Shown: in pieces, positions 11,206 to 18,825 of the stretch
Layout of the letters: every line of letters begins with the position of its first letter
Position numbering within the stretch: the stretch's first letter is position 1
Assembly (NCBI GenBank): GCA_038209745.1
Contig: JBBQXJ010000052.1
Coordinates: 1 to 33,272, forward strand
Direction: 5' to 3'
From: Verrucomicrobiota bacterium
GTDB lineage: Bacteria; Verrucomicrobiota; Verrucomicrobiia; Limisphaerales; CANJSG01
Length of the DNA stretch: 33,272 nucleotides
Translations under genes and position numbers: made by a program
The notes under the pieces: model-generated
What the model was told of the DNA's origin: nothing
The model's database searches: none
What the model saw: only the letters and a program-made list of their open reading frames with translations

Positions 11206-14200
11206 TCAAGGCAGGACCACCACGCGGAAGAAGCTTGCGGCGAAGTCCCGAGGCCGGAAATCCGTGGTGATCTGGTGGTCAGTGCCGTCGCCGGAGACGG
11301 TGTCCACGTAGCTCCAGAAGGAGGTGGGCAGGTTGTAGGCGCGTTCGATGCGATAGATCGCTCCGGCCTGCGTGGGGAAGGTGAACGACAGGTTGCCGCC
11401 GACGAGGGTGACCGGTCCGAGGGTGACCGGGGTTCCCGGCGTGGGCGGCACGGCCGGCGCGAAGTTGGCGTAGATCCCGGCGCTTCCGTCCTCGAACTGC
11501 ACGTCGACCACGATGTCGGGGCCGTCCGACCTCATCTGCTTAATCATGCTGACGCGGCGCCCGTCGATCACCCAGGAGGGCGGGGTGCTCAGGACGTAGT
11601 CGGCCACGGGGCCGGTCTGTCGCGTGACCGAGTTGCCGTTGAGCAGGTATCCGGCGGGACCTGTTCCGCCGAAGAAAACCGATCCGTAGCCGGCGCTGCT
11701 TACCGAACCGCCCAGTGGCGTTTGATACGCTCGGCTCGATGCGGTGAAGCGGACGATTCCGTCGCGCAGGTCGCACATGGCGAAGTTCGTGTAGGTGTTG
11801 GCGAAACCCGCCGCGATATCGCCGTCGTCGGCGACCTTGGTGAGGTTGCCGGCAAGGTCGGTGACATAGCAGCCTTTGCGGACGGTGTTGCCCGAGGCCG
11901 CTGTGCCGATGAAGGCGATGTTGGTCCCGTCGAAGGCCACCGACTCGTGGGAGGAGCCGGTCGTGAAAAGGACCCCGGAGAAGTTGGACAGCCGGCCCGG
12001 CAGATCGGTGGTTTCGTCCACCACCGTCGTGAGTTGTCCCGGTCCTTTCCAGGCGAACATGGCAGTAGGATCGACGGTTCCGCCGGGTTTGAGGTCGGTG
12101 GAGTTCGCGGAGAAGATCAACGTGCTTCCACGACGAACCAACGCGTAGATGCCATCGATGAATCCTGGACCGGTAGGCCAGAGGTCCACCAGTTCGCGGA
12201 CGGCCGCGGTGACCACGCCGTTGCGCAGTTCGTAGATCGCCTGCGGCGAGTTGGTGGTGAAGCCGGTGAAATCGATGGCTCCGTCCTCTTCGTCTGTTGT
12301 CTCCCCGAGCGAGACGAATTTGAAGCCGTCGGGCGCGGTGGTGTTGGTGAAGACGAGGGTTTCCAGGACGTTGCTGCGCCAGCGGACGATCGCGCGCTGG
12401 ACGATCGAGCTCAGGAGCTGGTTCGTGAAGGTCTGGACGCCGGCGGGCACCGAGAGGTGGATCGTCCGGTTCCGGAGGGTGAAGGCGGGACGGGAGGTGT
12501 TGTCCCAGGCGCCACGATACGGACTGATAAGTTCGTTGTTCTTGGTGAAGAGGTTGGTGTAGCCGGGAACCCGCATGTCGGTATCGAGGATCTTGACCCA
12601 GGGTTGGCCCCGGTAGGTGGCCACGAGACCGGTCGAGGACACGGAGAGCAGGGCTTCCGTCGAGTAGGCGACGCCCCACACCGTCTGGGCTTGGACGCTG
12701 ATCCGGGACTTGTTCCGGAAAGACGAGACATTGGTCAACGTGTAGGTGCTGTTCGTCGCCGTGGAGTCGTAGATCGAACCGTTGGCGAGCCAATTGAGGG
12801 TGAACGGCACATTGCAGGACACCGTGACGTTGAAGGTGGCGCTGCCGCCTTCGGTGGTGGATGTGTCGACGGGGTTGAGGGTGAAGACGGGCTTTTGCGC
12901 GAGGGTAAGGCCGGCGACGCGGCTGGTGACGCTGGCGCTGTTCAGATCAGTGGCGACCATATAGTAGCCGGTGTCGTCGCCCGGTTTCAGATAGGTGAGC
13001 CAAAGATTGGTGGAGGTGACGTGGAGGGCATTGGTCGACTCGACGAGCGGCGTGCCGTTCTCCTTGAACCACTGGTAGGTGATGGGCGGAATCCCGCTCG
13101 CGCCGGCGCGGAAGATGGCCGTTCCCCCGAGGGTGTTCGTCTGGTCCTTGGGCTCGAGGGCAATGGCCGGGAGAGCTCCGGGAGCATTGGTGATGACGAT
13201 CCGGACGACAGAGGACGTCAGGCTCCGCCCGAGCGCGTCGAAGACCACGAAGTCCCAGTTCCCGGAATCGGCGGGCAGGAGGTAGTTCGCGCTGAAAGCG
13301 CTGAAGAGAGAGCCGCTGTTGTTCAGGGGCGCGGCGTTGGTCTGGTAGAGGAACGGCGAATAGGTCCGCACGTTGTTGTTCAATCCGAAGGGCGGGGTCG
13401 GCACGCCGTTCTTCCGCCAATAGCCCCAGTTCTTGGTGGCGGGACCGATCGTGACGAACGGGCCGTAGCCGGAGCCGTTGCCGGTGAGTTCGGGCCATCC
13501 GGCGCGGTTGGTGATGCCGTCCCCCGCGGAGGTGAACGACAGCGCGGGCACGGTCGTGTTGACCGTCAACACCGCCCAGGTGGAGGTGACCGAACCGCCG
13601 GAATTGGAGATGATCTTGTGGAAGTAGCCGGCGTCACCGGCGGTGCAATCTATCAGCGTGAGGTAATCGTTGGTCGCGGTGGGGTTCAGGGAGGACTGGA
13701 TGTTGGTCCACGGTCCCGTAGGCGCGGACGACCGTTGCCACTGGAACTGCAGCGCGTCACCGTTGGCCGAGCCGATGTAGGGCTGGGGATCGCTGTGCTG
13801 GTAGACGATGTAGTTGAGGTTCCCCTCTTTCGGGTCGACCAGAGTGGGCGGCTGTTCTCGGGTCTTGGTGGCTTCCAGGCGATAAACGTTGGTGACGGCG
13901 CCGGAGACCATGGTGTTGGTGGCGCGGAGGAACCAGATTCCAGCGGCATTTGTCGAAAACCACGCAAAGGGATGGGGAAAGGTGGCCTTGACGAGGTTCG
14001 ACAGCCCGGTGTTCGGGGTGTAGCCGCTCGAACTCGGGTCGAAGTAGTAGTAGAGTTTCGGATTGACGAAGGTGGTCTGCACCCCGCCCACGCTGAGCCA
14101 GTTGGTGGCCGACGGCGTGATGGAGGCGACGGCGAACACCGCTATGTTGGTCCTGGAAACGGAGACCATCGCCGGCGCTGGCGCGGACTCCTGTCCGCCG

Positions 14201-14331
14201 TTGACGCTGGTGTAGATGCCGCCCGCTCCGTTTTCGCCGTAGAAGCCCGAGTAGGAATTCTGAGCACGGGAAACCAACGGAAGGAGGGCCAGGAAGGAGA
14301 AGACGATCAGACGATCGATATGAAATCTCAT
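11206..14331 (-). CDS. Large secreted Ig-repeat surface protein with a repeat (propeller-like) region and a C-terminal sorting-like domain
   Basis: Signal peptide MRFHIDRLIVFSFLALLPLVSRA. Ig-like modules (FQWQR...DAGYF...SVTSTWAVLTV; YQWFKENG...DDTGYY...SVTSRVAGLTL; EGGSATFNVTVS). Repeats LTTVVDETTDLPG / LTKVADDGDIAAG. The C-terminus is YRIERAYNL...W...FFRVVVLP. Thr/Asn rich; 1041 aa. Confidence 0.85.
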   Translation of the reverse strand: MRFHIDRLIVFSFLALLPLVSRAQNSYSGFYGENGAGGIYTSVNGGQESAPAPAMVSVSRTNIAVFAVASITPSATNWLSVGGVQTTFVNPKLYYYFDPSSSGYTPNTGLSNLVKATFPHPFAWFSTNAAGIWFLRATNTMVSGAVTNVYRLEATKTREQPPTLVDPKEGNLNYIVYQHSDPQPYIGSANGDALQFQWQRSSAPTGPWTNIQSSLNPTATNDYLTLIDCTAGDAGYFHKIISNSGGSVTSTWAVLTVNTTVPALSFTSAGDGITNRAGWPELTGNGSGYGPFVTIGPATKNWGYWRKNGVPTPPFGLNNNVRTYSPFLYQTNAAPLNNSGSLFSAFSANYLLPADSGNWDFVVFDALGRSLTSSVVRIVITNAPGALPAIALEPKDQTNTLGGTAIFRAGASGIPPITYQWFKENGTPLVESTNALHVTSTNLWLTYLKPGDDTGYYMVATDLNSASVTSRVAGLTLAQKPVFTLNPVDTSTTEGGSATFNVTVSCNVPFTLNWLANGSIYDSTATNSTYTLTNVSSFRNKSRISVQAQTVWGVAYSTEALLSVSSTGLVATYRGQPWVKILDTDMRVPGYTNLFTKNNELISPYRGAWDNTSRPAFTLRNRTIHLSVPAGVQTFTNQLLSSIVQRAIVRWRSNVLETLVFTNTTAPDGFKFVSLGETTDEEDGAIDFTGFTTNSPQAIYELRNGVVTAAVRELVDLWPTGPGFIDGIYALVRRGSTLIFSANSTDLKPGGTVDPTAMFAWKGPGQLTTVVDETTDLPGRLSNFSGVLFTTGSSHESVAFDGTNIAFIGTAASGNTVRKGCYVTDLAGNLTKVADDGDIAAGFANTYTNFAMCDLRDGIVRFTASSRAYQTPLGGSVSSAGYGSVFFGGTGPAGYLLNGNSVTRQTGPVADYVLSTPPSWVIDGRRVSMIKQMRSDGPDIVVDVQFEDGSAGIYANFAPAVPPTPGTPVTLGPVTLVGGNLSFTFPTQAGAIYRIERAYNLPTSFWSYVDTVSGDGTDHQITTDFRPRDFAASFFRVVVLP

Positions 14332-14344
14332 GCAGTTTGATCGG

Positions 14345-14372
14345 AAGCTAAGGACGGCCCATTAACCTGCAA
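14345..14372 (-). promoter_or_regulatory. Candidate sigma70-type promoter of the Ig-repeat gene
   Basis: Minus strand TTGCAG-16 nt-TAGCTT, ending 13 nt upstream of ATG 14331. Confidence 0.4.
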
Positions 14373-14432
14373 CCAGATTTCGGACCGGTGCCGAACACCC
14401 TCGCGATGCAAACGGCACCGACCCTCGGGCCT

Positions 14433-16349
14433 CTACTTTGCCGGGGTCTCCAGCTCTTCCCAGCGCTTATAGAGTCTCGCGATCTCGGCTTTGGTTGCTT
14501 CGAGTTGGCCGGTGATCGTCGCGGCTTCGGCGGCGCGGGTGGTGTAGAACTTGGGATCGTTCAAGGTCGCTTCCAGTTCCTTCGACCGGGTCTCAGCCTC
14601 GTAGATGGCGTCCTCCATGCCGTCCAGTTCGCGCTGGTCCTTGAAGCTCAACTTGCGCTGTTTGACGGCCGGTTTAGCCGCTGGGGGATTGACGGGTAGA
14701 GCGGCTTGGGGAGCGGGTTTGTCGAGCACTGCGGCCAGCGCCTTCGCCTGCTGGTCGCGCTCCTTCTTCTTGTCGAGATAGTAGGAGTAGTTGCCCTGCT
14801 GGACGAAGATGGTGCCTTCCTCGAAGGCCACGACCTGGTCGCAGATCCGGTCGAGGAAGTAGCGGTCATGGCTGACGACGAGGACACTGCCGTCGAAGTC
14901 CACCAGCGCCTCCTCCAGCATCCGCAAGCTGGGGAGATCGAGGTCGTTGGTCGGCTCGTCCAGCACGAGGATGTTGCCACCGCGCTTGAGCACCTTGGCG
15001 AGCATGAGGCGGGCGCGTTCGCCGCCCGAGAGCTTGCCGATGACCTCGTTGACGCGGTTGTCGGCGAAGAGGAACCGCCGCAGATAGGAGCGCACGCTCA
15101 TGCTCTGGCCGCCGAAGAGGACCCATTCGTCCGAGTCCGCGATCTCCTGCATCACGGTCTTCGTCAGATCGAGCTGCATCCGGGACTGGTCGATATAGTT
15201 GAAGACGACCTTCTTTCCTATCGTGGCTTCGCCTTCGTCGGGTTGGCGGTCGCCGAGGCAGATGCGGAGCAGGGTGGTCTTGCCGACACCGTTGCGGCCG
15301 ACGACGCCGGTGCATTGGCCGGGCTTGAGGCTGAGCATCAGGTTGCGGAAGAGCCAGCGGTCCGCGCCGTCCTTGGACACCTTGGCCCCCACTCGGGCGA
15401 GATCGACGCCGATGTTGCCGATGTCGGGTGCGGGCGGGATGAGCAGGTCCATCTCGCGTTCTTCGGGCGGCGCCTCCTGGCCGGCGACGGCGTAATACGA
15501 GTCAAGCCGATGGCGGGCCTTGGAACGTTGGGCGCGGACCCCGGCCCGGACCCAATCGAGTTCGGATTTAAGGAAGCGCTGCCGGCGGCGTTCGGACTGT
15601 TCGGTGATCTGTTGGCGGAGGGCCTTGGATTCGAGATAGGCGGTGTAGTTGCCCGGATGGGAGTAGGCCCGGCCGTCGGCGATCTCGATGATCCGCGTGG
15701 CGATGACGTCGAGGAAGTAGCGGTCGTGGGTGACGAAGATGGCGGCACCGGCGAAGCCGCGCAGGAACTCCTCCAGCCAGCGGATCGATTCCGCGTCGAG
15801 ATGGTTCGTGGGCTCGTCGAGCAGCAGCAGGTCGGGCTGCGAAGCGAGGGCCCGGCAGAGGGCGACGCGGCGCTTTTCGCCACCGGACAAAGGACCGACC
15901 AGGGCGTCGAGCGGAGGGGCGTCGAGGGCGGTGGCTTCGGCCTTGATGCGCGAGTCGAGGTCCCAGCCGTCGGCGTGCTGGATCAGGTCGAGCAGGTCGG
16001 ACATTTCGGCTTCGGAACCGTCGCCCGCTTCGTAGCGCCGGAGCCAGGTGATGAGGTCGGCCGCGCCGGCCTCGATGTTCTCCTGGACGGTCTTGGTGCC
16101 ATCGAGCTCGAACTCCTGGGGCAGGTAGCCGACGCGCAGGCTGCGGCGAATCGAGATATCGCCCGAGTCGGCCTGGTCGGTGCCGGCGAGGATCTTGAGC
16201 AGGCTGGTCTTGCCGCAGCCGTTGCGGCCGACAAGGCCGACTTTTTCGCCGGGCGCGACCGCGAGCGTGATCCCGTTCAGCAACTGGTGGTGGCCATAGA
16301 CCAGGGTCAATTCGTTCGCGGACAACAGCGATGGGACAACGGCGCTCAT
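14433..16349 (-). CDS. ABC-F family ATPase (Uup/YfmR-like)
   Basis: Two ABC domains (GRNGCGKT/LSGGE/DEPTNHLD and GRNGVGKT/LSGGE/DEPTNDLD), no TM segments, linker ELDWVRAGVRAQRSK, and a C-terminal coiled coil KLSFKDQREL...LYKRWEELE typical of Uup-like proteins. Confidence 0.93.
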   Translation of the reverse strand: MSAVVPSLLSANELTLVYGHHQLLNGITLAVAPGEKVGLVGRNGCGKTSLLKILAGTDQADSGDISIRRSLRVGYLPQEFELDGTKTVQENIEAGAADLITWLRRYEAGDGSEAEMSDLLDLIQHADGWDLDSRIKAEATALDAPPLDALVGPLSGGEKRRVALCRALASQPDLLLLDEPTNHLDAESIRWLEEFLRGFAGAAIFVTHDRYFLDVIATRIIEIADGRAYSHPGNYTAYLESKALRQQITEQSERRRQRFLKSELDWVRAGVRAQRSKARHRLDSYYAVAGQEAPPEEREMDLLIPPAPDIGNIGVDLARVGAKVSKDGADRWLFRNLMLSLKPGQCTGVVGRNGVGKTTLLRICLGDRQPDEGEATIGKKVVFNYIDQSRMQLDLTKTVMQEIADSDEWVLFGGQSMSVRSYLRRFLFADNRVNEVIGKLSGGERARLMLAKVLKRGGNILVLDEPTNDLDLPSLRMLEEALVDFDGSVLVVSHDRYFLDRICDQVVAFEEGTIFVQQGNYSYYLDKKKERDQQAKALAAVLDKPAPQAALPVNPPAAKPAVKQRKLSFKDQRELDGMEDAIYEAETRSKELEATLNDPKFYTTRAAEAATITGQLEATKAEIARLYKRWEELETPAK

Positions 16350-16409
16350 GAACCTTCAGTTGGACCGACTCGGGGTCTCGTGTCGAGACGTTAGACGGTG
16401 CTATCGGCC

Positions 16410-17660
16410 TCATGCCGTGTCCGGCACGGCGGCCACGGCTTCGATCGGCCGGGGTCTTTGGCCCCAGCGCAGGAGGATTCCGGCGCCGGTCAATCCCAGC
16501 AGCAGGCACGCGCCCCAGACCAACGGCGGGGAGATCTCCAGCAACCGGAAGCCGACCTGTGGGCCGAAGATTCCGGCCGCGCTCCACGCGAGTCCGTTCA
16601 TGCCCATGTAGCGGCCGCGAAGCTGGACGGGCGCGATGGCCGCCACGTAGGCGCTGCTGATCGGAAGGCTGAGCATCTCACCGACGGTGAAGATCGTCAT
16701 CGCGGTCCACAGCAGCCACGGTTGGACTCCGAGGGCGTTCAGGCCGAAGCCCATTCCCAGCAGGACGTAGCCCGCAGCCATGACGCGCCGGGGCTGGAAC
16801 TTCCGGGTCCATCCGGAAAGCGGCAGTTCGCAGAAGGTCACGAGCACGCCGTTCCACCCGATGAGCAGGCCGTAGAGCGTCTCGGGTGCGAGCCGGTGAC
16901 CGAGGAGCGAGACCTCGATTCCGCCACGCAGGATGTGCAGCGAATAGGTGGTGCCGAACTGCGAAAAGATGAGCGACGCACAGAAGGTGGCCACGAAGAG
17001 AACGTGGAAGGCGCGGTCCGTCCGCAGGTGGCGGACGGCCTCGCTCCACGACGCCTGTTCGCTCCGCGCGCGCAGTCCGTGCGGCAGGGCCATGAGAGCG
17101 ATCACGCCATAGGCGGCCGAGGACAGCGAATCGCCGGCGAAAAGCCAGAAGAAGGAGTAGTTCGCCACCAGTCCGCCGAGAGCGGCGCCACAGGCGAAGC
17201 CGGCATTGGCCGCGAGCCGGAACGCCGCATAGGCCCGGACGCGCAGTTCCTGGGGCACGAGATCGGCGATCAGGGCCGTGGCGGCCGGGTGGTAAGTCCC
17301 GTTCGCCAAGCCGGTGGCGAAGGCGAAGAGGAGGATGAACGGCAGCGCCTGGGAGGCGTGGAGGCCGAGGATCAGACCCGCTGCCGCGATTGTGCCGGTG
17401 GCGATGGTGTTGCGCCGGCCGATCCGGTCGGAGAGCCATCCGCCCAGCGCATTGCCCGCGACCGAGCCAAGGGCGAAGGCGCTGATGGCCGTGGCGGCCT
17501 GGCCGGTGGTGAAGCCGCGGTGCGTCAGATAAATGGTGAGGAACGGCCAGACGAACGTCCCGAAGCGGTTGATGAAGGTGCCGACGAAGAGCACCCAGAA
17601 CGACCGGGGCAGAGCCCGGAGATCCTGCATCATCGTGGACCGGTGTTGGTGGGTTTGCAT
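16410..17660 (-). CDS. MFS transporter (drug:H+ antiporter-like)
   Basis: About 12 hydrophobic segments, motif A GGWLSDRIGRR, N-terminal FVGTFINRFGTFVWPFLTIYL and C-terminal half IAPVQLRGRYMG. Start ATG 17660; 416 aa. Confidence 0.92.
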   Translation of the reverse strand: MQTHQHRSTMMQDLRALPRSFWVLFVGTFINRFGTFVWPFLTIYLTHRGFTTGQAATAISAFALGSVAGNALGGWLSDRIGRRNTIATGTIAAAGLILGLHASQALPFILLFAFATGLANGTYHPAATALIADLVPQELRVRAYAAFRLAANAGFACGAALGGLVANYSFFWLFAGDSLSSAAYGVIALMALPHGLRARSEQASWSEAVRHLRTDRAFHVLFVATFCASLIFSQFGTTYSLHILRGGIEVSLLGHRLAPETLYGLLIGWNGVLVTFCELPLSGWTRKFQPRRVMAAGYVLLGMGFGLNALGVQPWLLWTAMTIFTVGEMLSLPISSAYVAAIAPVQLRGRYMGMNGLAWSAAGIFGPQVGFRLLEISPPLVWGACLLLGLTGAGILLRWGQRPRPIEAVAAVPDTA

Positions 17661-17683
17661 GGAGAGTTGCCCGGACGGATGTG

Positions 17684-17718
17684 AAAATGAAAACCCCGCT
17701 CGGGGTCGGCGAGCGGGG
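17684..17718 (-). terminator. Intrinsic terminator (attenuator) directly upstream of the MFS gene
   Basis: Minus strand CCCCGCTCG-CCGACCC-CGAGCGGGG followed by TTTTCATTTT: a 9-bp perfect stem whose U-tract ends about 24 nt before the MFS ATG. Confidence 0.85.
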
Positions 17719-17746
17719 CATCGAATCGTTCTGTGTCTATCGGAAG

Positions 17747-17911
17747 CTAGGTTTGGACTTCCTCGAAAGTCCGCGGCCCCGACGCCGGGTCCAGGCGATT
17801 GTCGACGCGGCCTTTGAGGGCTAGGTCGAAGCGGGCACCGCCGATCCAGGACACAGCCGCAGGTTGGGTGGCCTGGACCTCGACACAGGAAATGGCGGCG
17901 TGTGGTTTCAT
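17747..17911 (-). CDS. Putative leader peptide (54 aa) of the MFS/ABC-F unit
   Basis: Hand-translated ATG..TAG ORF MKPHAAISCVEVQATQPAAVSWIGGARFDLALKGRVDNRLDPASGPRTFEEVQT*, absent from the ORF track. Its stop lies 28 nt before the terminator stem. No clear SD. Confidence 0.55.
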   Translation of the reverse strand: MKPHAAISCVEVQATQPAAVSWIGGARFDLALKGRVDNRLDPASGPRTFEEVQT

Positions 17912-18150
17912 CTGATCCGAACAGAGATCTGGATCTCACGACCGTCGCGGCTAGGCAAGATGAATGATCCTCCCGATCGGGCTACGGCCTCGGAGGTTGC
18001 GCCGAAAATTCGGTTTCCAGAATTCTTTCGGCAGGAAATCCGGAGGGCGGCCTTGCGCCCGGCGGAAATGTGGTAACATTCGGCCCGCTCGGTTGCCCGG
18101 AGCATTGCTTCCGGGAAAACCGAGCCCGAGGATTCAAACCTCATCCAATC

Positions 18151-18807
18151 ATGAAATCATTCGCCAGAGGAGGGGGCCTTTTGGTCTTCGCGGCGGGAAC
18201 GGTCGCTTCGGTGGCGTCTGAGGGTAGCGGCCCTGCCGCAGTGTTCGACCCGTCTCCGGTTCCGCCCCGCCTTTGGGCGGTGGAGTTCAGCAGCGGGATC
18301 CTGTGGTCCAACGTGAGGGACTCCAGAATCCCAGGCTACAATCTGGTTCCGATGGAGGTCTTGTTGGCCCGATCGTTTGGAGCCGGGTGCTTCAAAAATT
18401 TCCAGGGCGGTCTGTTCGAAGCGCGTCCGGAGTTGATTCTGGGACTCCATTGGACCCAGGTCGAAAGGGGAACCGAGAACCATCTCGCCGGAGTCACAGC
18501 GGGTCTGCGCTATGAGTTCGTGGGCTTTTCCGAAAAAGTCGTCCCGTTCGTCGCCGCCACGGTGGGGCCGGCGTGGGCGGACTCGCAGCCGTATGTGGAA
18601 AATGGGCGGACCTACGGACTGGGGGAGGACTTCAACTTCAACTTCAACGTGTCGGCCGGGCTTCGGCTGGATCTTTCGGAGCGGTGGACCACCCGGGTGT
18701 CGGTCATGTATCAGCACTATTCCAATGCCGGTTTATCGGAGCCGGTGGAGCCCAACCGCGCGATCGACGCTCTCGGCTTCATGGTGTCGCTCGGGTGGAG
18801 GTTCTGA
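18151..18807 (+). CDS. Acyloxyacyl hydrolase / PagL-like lipid A 3-O-deacylase (outer-membrane beta-barrel)
   Basis: Signal-like N-terminus, amphipathic beta strands (GLRYEF, FNFNFNVSAGLRL), the catalytic-type motif YQHYSNAGL..PNRAID (H-x-S-N) and a terminal Phe (GWRF). Confidence 0.8.
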   Translation: MKSFARGGGLLVFAAGTVASVASEGSGPAAVFDPSPVPPRLWAVEFSSGILWSNVRDSRIPGYNLVPMEVLLARSFGAGCFKNFQGGLFEARPELILGLHWTQVERGTENHLAGVTAGLRYEFVGFSEKVVPFVAATVGPAWADSQPYVENGRTYGLGEDFNFNFNVSAGLRLDLSERWTTRVSVMYQHYSNAGLSEPVEPNRAIDALGFMVSLGWRF

Positions 18808-18825
18808 TCGGGAACGGTTCTTGGG

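Noticed and set aside
11188..14340. 1050-aa plus-strand ORF (and similar long antisense ORFs at 4816-6741, 14706-16394, 18910-22119, 26786-28801 and 30984-32960)
   Set aside because: These are shadow ORFs overlapping well-supported genes, an expected artefact of high GC3 codon bias. They carry no recognisable motifs.
17661..17939. 509-aa extended version of the MFS ORF
   Set aside because: The extension is non-hydrophobic, low-complexity and runs through an intrinsic terminator. The region is better explained as leader plus attenuator.
18629..18648. (ACTTCA)3 repeat in the PagL-like gene
   Set aside because: The unit is a multiple of three encoding an alternating beta strand (FNFNFN), so it cannot frameshift.
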